Of a DNA stretch of 54,975 nucleotides, positions 48,969-54,975 are shown one piece after another. A model generated the notes under the pieces. That model made no database searches, was not told the DNA's origin, and saw only the letters and a program-made list of their open reading frames with translations. Positions within the stretch are counted from its first letter, which is position 1. The number at the start of each line of letters is the position of its first letter. The translations under genes were made by a program, and so were the position numbers. The DNA lies in NCBI GenBank assembly GCA_964608455.1, contig CAZSNM010000006.1:1-54975 (forward strand), read 5' to 3'. Origin of the DNA: an uncultured Candidatus Bathyarchaeia archaeon (lineage in GTDB: Archaea > Thermoproteota > Bathyarchaeia > 40CM-2-53-6 > DTDX01).

Positions 48969-50105
48969 TTACATTCTACCTAAAATTTTCTTTAGGTTTT
49001 TACTTATATATTCTATATCTTCAAAGGAAACTTTTGGATGAATTGGAAGAGAAAAAATTTGATGGGAAACCTTTTCTGTAACAGATAAATCTTTTTTTAT
49101 ATTGTTATGTATGTTCATATAAAAGGGTAAAAGATGAGTTGGAGTTTCATAATAAACTGCAGCATTAATTCCTTTTTCCTTAAGTTTTGTTACAATTTTA
49201 TTTCTTTTTGTAGCATTTACACCCTTAACCCTTACTGTGTAAAGATTCCATGCATGAGTAAAACCTTCAGGTTCCTTTGGAAGAATAAGTTTATCAACAT
49301 CATTTAATTCTTCAGTTAGTTTTTTAGCATTGCTTCTTCTTTTTTCAAGAAAATCAGGTAATTTTTTTAATTGCACTATTCCTAAAGCAGCTTGAATTTC
49401 ACTCATTCTATAATTGTGACCAAGCCTAGTATTCCAATTGGTTCTGGATTCTCCATGATTTCTAATAGCCCTTAAAGCTTCAGCATATTCCTTATTATTT
49501 GTAGTTATCATGCCTCCCTCTCCAGTAGTCATATTTTTTGTTGCATAAAAGCTAAAGCATCCCATATCACCTATTGAGCCAACTTTTCTTCCCTTATATA
49601 AAGCTCCATGGGCTTGAGCGGCATCTTCTATCACAACTATATCTTTGCTTTCAGCTAATTCCATAATCGGATCCATATCTGCAGGCAACCCGTAAAGATG
49701 CACCGGAATAATCGCTTTAGTATTTTTAGTTATAGAGTCTTCTATGCTTTCAACATCTATGCAATAAGTATCTTCATTTATATCTGCAAATACAGGTGTA
49801 CCTCCTGCTAAAACAACAGCTTCGGCAGCCGCTGGAAAAGTTAAAGATGGAAGAATTACTTCATCTTTAGGTTTTAAATCTAAAGCCATTAAAGCTGCAT
49901 GAAGAGCGGCTGTCCCACTTGATACAGCTATTGCATATTTAACTCCAATGTAACTGGAGAATGATCTTTCAAACTCTAAAACTTTAGGGCCCATTCCATT
50001 TTTATCCGTTAATATACCGCTTTTTAAAACTTCCTCTACAGCTTTAAACTCTTCTTTATCAAAGCAAACATCATTAATTTTAATGGTTTCCCTCAAAGCT
50101 TTCAA
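48969..50105 (-). CDS. DegT/DnrJ/EryC1/StrS family aminotransferase
   Basis: SSGTAAL, PVHLYG, EDAAQA, SFYATKN, GEGG, LPIHP. Confidence 0.92.
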   Translation of the reverse strand: MKALRETIKINDVCFDKEEFKAVEEVLKSGILTDKNGMGPKVLEFERSFSSYIGVKYAIAVSSGTAALHAALMALDLKPKDEVILPSLTFPAAAEAVVLAGGTPVFADINEDTYCIDVESIEDSITKNTKAIIPVHLYGLPADMDPIMELAESKDIVVIEDAAQAHGALYKGRKVGSIGDMGCFSFYATKNMTTGEGGMITTNNKEYAEALRAIRNHGESRTNWNTRLGHNYRMSEIQAALGIVQLKKLPDFLEKRRSNAKKLTEELNDVDKLILPKEPEGFTHAWNLYTVRVKGVNATKRNKIVTKLKEKGINAAVYYETPTHLLPFYMNIHNNIKKDLSVTEKVSHQIFSLPIHPKVSFEDIEYISKNLKKILGRM

Positions 50106-50191
50106 CCATCCAAAATTTTAATTTAAGAAGGAAAAATAAAAAATTATTTTTCTGCTTTAAAAACTTTAGTAAAAATCTTTAAAGATTAATT

Positions 50192-50668
50192 TTAATGCTT
50201 TAGCTTTGTTAAAACTTCGGTTTTAACCCATTGAAGGCCTGCACCTGAAAGCCCATATTTTCCTTCAATAGCTATTATTTTACCTTCTCTTTTAAGTTCG
50301 CTAGCTCTAGCTCTAACAGCTTCCTTTCTTGTTGGCTTCCAGCTTAAACTAAGCATTTCACTTAATTCTTCATCAGATAACTTATTTGGATAAACAGCGT
50401 AAAGAATTATTCCTAAAGCTTCTTTAGATGTTAAAGAGTCTGCTGGAACAGTTAAATATAATTTTCCTTCAGGTGTATATTCAACTATACCTTCAAGATC
50501 CTTTAAGCCAAATGAAGTTTGAACTTCCTTTTCTCCCTTTAAAAGCTTTTCTAAAGGAATGGCTTTTAATAATTCTTCAAGCTTGCTTTTAACATAGGAA
50601 TTTTCACCTTCTAATTCAAATTCAAACTCGCCAATTCTTATTTTAAATCTAGTTTTTCCTTCATTCAA
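50192..50668 (-). CDS. hypothetical protein with C-terminal winged-helix-like domain
   Basis: KIRIGEFEFELEG N-terminus; VRARASELKREGKI..YGLSGAG. Confidence 0.6.
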   Translation of the reverse strand: MNEGKTRFKIRIGEFEFELEGENSYVKSKLEELLKAIPLEKLLKGEKEVQTSFGLKDLEGIVEYTPEGKLYLTVPADSLTSKEALGIILYAVYPNKLSDEELSEMLSLSWKPTRKEAVRARASELKREGKIIAIEGKYGLSGAGLQWVKTEVLTKLKH

Positions 50669-50762
50669 TTAGAATTTTTCACTCCCCCTTTTCCAAAATT
50701 TCTATTAAACTTAAAATTTAAGAATTAAATTAATAAGTCTTTGTATAAAATTAAAAATTGCT

Positions 50763-52142
50763 TTAAATTTTCACTATTATCACAATATCATTAACATTTG
50801 TTCCTGTAAAACCGGTAAATATTAAATCGTTTAACCCTTTAAAAAAGTTGTAGGAATCATTTTCTTGAAGAATTTCCTTTAAATTTAAATTTAATTGTTT
50901 AGATCTTTGTAAGGTAAAACCATCTATAATTGCGCCTGCAGCATCAGTTATACCATCTATTCCATCAGTTCCTATGGAAGCTATTGCTGCACCATTTATT
51001 CCATCAATTTCAATGCATGCATAAGCCATGCTTTCCTGATTTCTTCCACCTATTCCTTTACCTTTAACTGTAACGGTGGTTTCTCCACCTAAAATTACAG
51101 CGCAAGGCTTTTTAATAGGATGGTTCGAGGCATTAATTTCTCGTAATATTGAAGCATAAAATTTTCCAGCATTCTTAGCTTCACCTGTTAATTGAGATGT
51201 TAAAAAAATTGTGTTTAAACCTTTTTCTTTATAAAAGTTAAGAAGTTTAAGACAAACTTCTCTATTGCTTCCAATTATAAAATTATACGTTTTTTTAAAG
51301 CATTCATCTTCTGATTTAGGAGTTTCCTCTATTACCCCCTTTTCTCCAGCTAAAAGAAAGTTTTTAACAGATTGCGAAATATTATTCCAAACATTATATT
51401 TCATAAGAATTTCCACAGCATCTTCAAATGTTGAATTATCAGGAAAAGTTGGACCTGAAGCTATAACACTTAATTCATCTCCAACAACATCAGATAAAAT
51501 TAATGAAATTACAGTAGCTGGATAAGCTTTTTTAGCTAGCCATCCACCTTTAATAGCTGATAAATGCTTTCTAACACAATTTAACTCTTTTATATCTGCT
51601 CCTGCAAGCATAAGTTTTTTTGTAACATCTTGCTTATCCTGCAAGGAAATTTCATTTCTTGGAGCGGCCATAAGCGCTGAGCCGCCGCCTGATAAAACAC
51701 AAATAATTAAATCTTCATCTTCAGCTTTTTCAGCTATTTCAATTACCTTTAAGGCTCCAATTAAGCTTGATTCATCTGGAATAGGATGAGAAGATTCATG
51801 AATTTTAATATTTTTAAAAAGAAAACCTTTTTTAGCTCCTTTAGGAATGTTAACCCAACCTTCAACTAATTTATCTTTTAAAATTGATTCTATAAAAGCA
51901 GCCATGCCTTCACAAGCTTTTCCAGCACCAACCAAAAATATTTTTTTAAAACGATTTAAATCAAGACTCCATTTATCAATTTGAAGAATATTATCTGCTC
52001 TAGAAACATGATTAGACAGAAAATGTAGTGGATCAGCAAAAATTAAAGCCTTTTCTAAACCATCTAAAACTAACCTTCTAGCTTCTTGAGTTTCTAAAGT
52101 TAATCCATTAGCTATTAATTCATCTTTATTAATTATTTTCAT
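50763..52142 (-). CDS. gck: glycerate 2-kinase (MOFRL family)
   Basis: GAGKA, HPIPD, SGGGSAL, KGG, SDVVGD, GGETTV, GGRNQE, TDGIDG, TGTNVND. Confidence 0.93.
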   Translation of the reverse strand: MKIINKDELIANGLTLETQEARRLVLDGLEKALIFADPLHFLSNHVSRADNILQIDKWSLDLNRFKKIFLVGAGKACEGMAAFIESILKDKLVEGWVNIPKGAKKGFLFKNIKIHESSHPIPDESSLIGALKVIEIAEKAEDEDLIICVLSGGGSALMAAPRNEISLQDKQDVTKKLMLAGADIKELNCVRKHLSAIKGGWLAKKAYPATVISLILSDVVGDELSVIASGPTFPDNSTFEDAVEILMKYNVWNNISQSVKNFLLAGEKGVIEETPKSEDECFKKTYNFIIGSNREVCLKLLNFYKEKGLNTIFLTSQLTGEAKNAGKFYASILREINASNHPIKKPCAVILGGETTVTVKGKGIGGRNQESMAYACIEIDGINGAAIASIGTDGIDGITDAAGAIIDGFTLQRSKQLNLNLKEILQENDSYNFFKGLNDLIFTGFTGTNVNDIVIIVKI

Positions 52143-52261
52143 AGTTCATCATTCATAAAATTCAAAAATGTTATTTATTAACTAGAAAGTAAAAAACAAA
52201 TAATTTAAAAGCTTAGCATTAGAAAAAGTTTTATTAATGAAAGTTTAAAAGGGAAGATAGA

Positions 52262-52336
52262 GCGGCCGTAGTCTAGCCTGGTCTAGGACATTGGCCTTCC
52301 AAGCCAACGACCCGGGTTCAAATCCCGGCGGCCGCA
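52262..52336 (+). tRNA. tRNA-Gly(TCC), intronless, CCA not encoded
   Basis: GCGGCCG/CGGCCGC acceptor, TTGGC-CTTCCAA-GCCAA anticodon arm, CCGGG-TTCAAAT-CCCGG T arm; BRE/TATA GAAAAAGTTTTATTAA upstream. Confidence 0.97.
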
Positions 52337-52519
52337 CTCCTCCACATTAACAGAAGAGGAATTTGGCTCTGTTTTAAAATATTCTCCTTTTAAACGCCTC
52401 ATTGCTTCCCTCAAAGCATTTTCACAGACCTTTGAAATATTTAAACCCAATTCTCTTGCCTCACTGACCACTTCCGGGTCTAAATAGACCATCACACTCT
52501 TCTTGTTAACGTCGCGCAT
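52283..52519 (-). CDS. CcdA-like ribbon-helix-helix ORF reading antisense into tRNA-Gly; probable int(N) fragment of a split tyrosine integrase
   Basis: KKSVMVYLDPEVVSEARELGLNISKVCENAL; continues as CGRRDLNPG through the tRNA 3' half. Confidence 0.6.
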   Translation of the reverse strand: MRDVNKKSVMVYLDPEVVSEARELGLNISKVCENALREAMRRLKGEYFKTEPNSSSVNVEECGRRDLNPGRWLGRPMS

Positions 52520-52743
52520 TCTAAACCCCTAGATATCCATAGGAAAAAATAGGTATAATAAGTCTTCGCTTCTGCTGGTATCACTGCAACATTTGTCATC
52601 GCCATCAATAGTGTTATGATTGTTCCTATTATAAGCAACTTCCTTCATATCCATTCTTTCTTCTTTAACCATTTTTTCCATCACTAATTAAGAAAGGATT
52701 TGGGCATGCTAAAATTTTTCTGGGTATGGCATTTTATTATTAG

Positions 52744-53800
52744 GTGCGAGATGTGGAGCTAGTAAAATTTGTTAAGCGACCACCTCCAGAAATAATTAAG
52801 CACAAGGGAAGAAAATTCAGGCTTGAGGACCTTCTCAAAGAAATTGCTTTGCCCTTCTATGAGAAGGGAGGACCCGTAGAGTCTACAACAATCGCAAAAA
52901 AACTAGGTCTACAAAAGACCAGAAAATTTACGGAGAAGGTGATTAGACATCATCTGGAAGGTCGAATGGTGGATTGCGAGTACATAAATGGATGAAGTTT
53001 TCATCTCTCCTTTAGCACTCATCTTTGTATCCGGAGATGGGAGAATCTTAGATCTTACAGAAGTTGAAGAGTTTTACGATAATTTACATGTTTTCCTCAA
53101 AAATAATGGTAAACATCCTCAAAGAACAAATTACTTTAGAGGAACTACTTTTACTTTACAAAGGAAGAGAGCGAGAGGTTATTAAAAAACTGTTTGAACT
53201 GTGTAAAATAGCAAAACCATTCTCACGAGGCGAAGAAGATAAAATTGTATACTATGATTTTGCCAAATATGATCTTGCTACCTTTAGGGGGTTACATTCA
53301 CAGAGGTTTTCTTCTTTGGGGATGTCAGTCAGAAGATGAGGGATTCACGATATAAGCTAGGGAAGCTAGAATTAAACTTTATCCACTGGGATGGAACTGG
53401 AAAAGTTAACTCTTGCTACTGCTGAAAACATGATTAGAGGACTCGATGGGGATGAAAATGGTAAACCTAATCCATTCATCACGGCAAAAAGGTGCATAAG
53501 GGAAGAACTTGGGGAGGAGATAGAGATGAAGGATGTGTTGTTTTTAGTCTTCAGTATGAGACTGGATAACCTTCTCCCTCAAGCTTTAGGAATAGTGAGG
53601 CTAAAATCAAGATCCTTAGATATTAGCTTTGTAAAAGCGAAAGATGGATGGGGAAGAAATTTTTTGAGGACTTTACAATAAGCAATCTAAAGAAATATTT
53701 CAGAGTCTTACCTTATCTCTGATACTGCTAAGTTAACAATTTCTTTTAGCTCTAATCCATAAATATGGATTCGAAAATATAGAAAGGGAATTTAAATCTT
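52744..53800 (+). pseudogene. fragmented gene(s); distal part NUDIX-like
   Basis: Four short overlapping same-strand ORFs; AENM..D..PFITAKRCIREELG resembles a Nudix box; in-frame stops at ~53337-53375. Confidence 0.5.
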
Positions 53801-53838
53801 AACAACCTTTACTTTTGTTAATATCAGTTATAGGCGAT

Positions 53839-54174
53839 GTGAATTTTGGTCAAAAAATAAGACGATTGAGGATAGAGAAAGATTTGATTCAGCAGCAGTT
53901 AGCTGAGAAGCTTGGCTACAAAACTAATACCTATATCTCTGATGTTGAGAGTGGGCATTTCATTCCATCAAGGGATAAGTTCAAGAAGATTGCTAGAGCT
54001 TTGGATGTCCCGTTTAAGATGCTTGAGGATATGCTTTTAGAGTCTAGGCTTGAAGCCTTGAGGATAAAGGAGCCTGAGCTTCTCAGCTTATTCAAGGATA
54101 TTCCAAGCTTGCCTGAGAAGGATAAAAAAGCTATAATCAATGCCTACTTAAAGGTTAAAAAGAAGGGGGAAAAC
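53839..54174 (+). CDS. XRE-family HTH repressor, in frame with the downstream ImmA-like gene (no stop between)
   Basis: FGQKIRRLR..QQQLAEKLG..YISDVESG..PS..KIARALDV. Confidence 0.8.
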
Positions 54175-54659
54175 ATGAAGCATATCATTGAGAAGGCTAA
54201 CGAGATAAGGGAGAAGTATGGGGTTGATGACCTTGAGCTTTTGGCTTCTAAATTTGGGGCTGAGGTTATTGAAGTTCCCCTCGGCAAAATAATTAAGGAG
54301 GTTTACATTAAGGATGAAGGGGTCATCGTGATAGATTCTAATTTGCATCCGCATAAGAAGAGGCATTTAATCGCTCACGGATTAGCCCACCACTTATTCC
54401 ACAGAAATATGAAAGTCAATTATTTTCTAGATGAGAGAAATGAGAGGTTCAACTACTGGAGACAGAGAAAGCAGGAAAGGGGGCTGAAGTATTTGCAGCC
54501 TATCTTTTAATTCCAGAGGATAAACTCAACAAGAAGTTGAAGGAGGAATGGATTAAAGATTCTCTAGACCCAATTCCAGAATAAACCGAGGAATTCCAAG
54601 TCTCAGAAAACTTTATGAGGAGGAGACTTAAATTCAAGAGCAACTCTCTAAATAATTAA
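54175..54659 (+). pseudogene. ImmA/IrrE family metallopeptidase, inactivated
   Basis: Own RBS (AAGGGGG) and ATG; HGLAH in place of HExxH; frameshift at G5 54479-83 before AEVFAAYLLIP; in-frame TAA at 54582. Confidence 0.75.
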
Positions 54660-54675
54660 GATATGGAGTATTAAA

Positions 54676-54975
54676 ATTGAGGTTCAAAATCTGCCAAAGG
54701 AGCTGAGAAAGAAGGGCTTAGAGGAAAAACCTGCTGAGATCTGCCAAAAAACGACATAGTCTTCATGGCTATTTTCGGTTCTTTCGTCAGGGGAGAGCAA
54801 AACAGAAAGAGCGACATAGACGTAGCGATCGAATTTAAGCGGGGTAGCGAAAAGAGCCTCCTCGATTTAGTTAGGATAGAGAATGAGTTGAGAAAGGTTG
54901 ACCTTGGAATTTTCAGCAGTCTAAATCCCTACATAATAGAAGACGTAAGAAAGGAAATGCGAATCATTTATGAGA
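54676..54975 (+). pseudogene. minimal nucleotidyltransferase (MNT antitoxin of MNT-HEPN pairs), frameshifted, runs off the window
   Basis: IFGSFVRGEQ..SDIDVAIEF..SLLDL..KVDL; frameshift in A6 at 54746-51. Confidence 0.75.

Larger units (their letters stand above)
52300..54975. mobile_element. left end of a decaying integrated element/island at tRNA-Gly, continuing beyond the window
   Basis: Abrupt shift to less AT-rich codons after the tRNA; int(N)-like ORF; XRE/ImmA and MNT cargo; many frameshifts and stops. Confidence 0.7.

Noticed and set aside
812..52142. Additional hidden in-frame BHB introns or inteins in other core genes (hisS, topA, cysS, thyX, dys, herA, rad50)
   Set aside because: Lengths and motifs look normal and no structured insert was seen by eye. 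A computational BHB scan would be needed to exclude them fully.
52283..52519. Functional CcdA/CcdB or VapBC toxin-antitoxin pair
   Set aside because: No toxin gene is adjacent and the ORF runs into the tRNA.
52550..52648. Signal-peptide-like remnant on the minus strand (RKLLIIGTIITLLMAMTNVAVIPAEAK)
   Set aside because: Out of frame with its ATG and truncated. Probably debris of a secreted-protein gene, too little to call.
5966..54366. Short antisense or nested ORFs in the track (5966, 13742, 14180, 15085, 19580, 24255, 26075, 26638, 29023, 29931, 32063, 33189, 33503, 36800, 42050, 42515, 47192, 51265, 53931, 54148)
   Set aside because: Each lies wholly or largely inside a better-supported gene, lacks an RBS or motif, and looks like a shadow ORF.

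Overview
AT-rich archaeal chromosome segment. A TACK-type host such as Bathyarchaeia is inferred from rpS25e, a non-catalytic tRNA-splicing endonuclease subunit, a TackOD1-like protein, GGTGA/GGAGG ribosome-binding sites (RBS) and frequent TTG starts. Most of the window is housekeeping: hisS, endA-beta, mtnA, purine PRTase-HTH, dcd, larC, rps25e, an opp/dpp ABC operon, nurA-herA-mre11-rad50, a thrC-like gene, mrp, leuB, dys, topA, thyX, cysS, hppA, pckG, guaAB/guaAA, a dapA-dapB-lysA-dapF-dapL lysine operon and glycerate 2-kinase. The window ends in tRNA-Gly(TCC) followed by a decaying integrated element. The standout signal is in mtnA, which is not a simple frameshifted gene. It is interrupted at the catalytic THC^NAG motif by a 25-nt insert that folds into a bulge-helix-bulge(-loop) splicing motif. 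Cutting at the canonical EndA positions restores the full 345-aa enzyme, so this is a candidate mRNA intron, and it sits head-to-head with a splicing-endonuclease subunit gene. Other notable items: an unannotated 25-aa peptide with three RDGMPF repeats in front of a V4R protein that itself ends in DKMPF; a threonine-synthase pseudoenzyme (catalytic Lys->Leu) fused to a winged HTH; a promoter-equipped ~80-nt structured RNA antisense to the larC 3' end; a 132-bp identical repeat shared by oppD and oppF; and non-canonical ATPase motifs in Rad50 and HerA. All functional calls come from motif recognition by eye, with no database searches.
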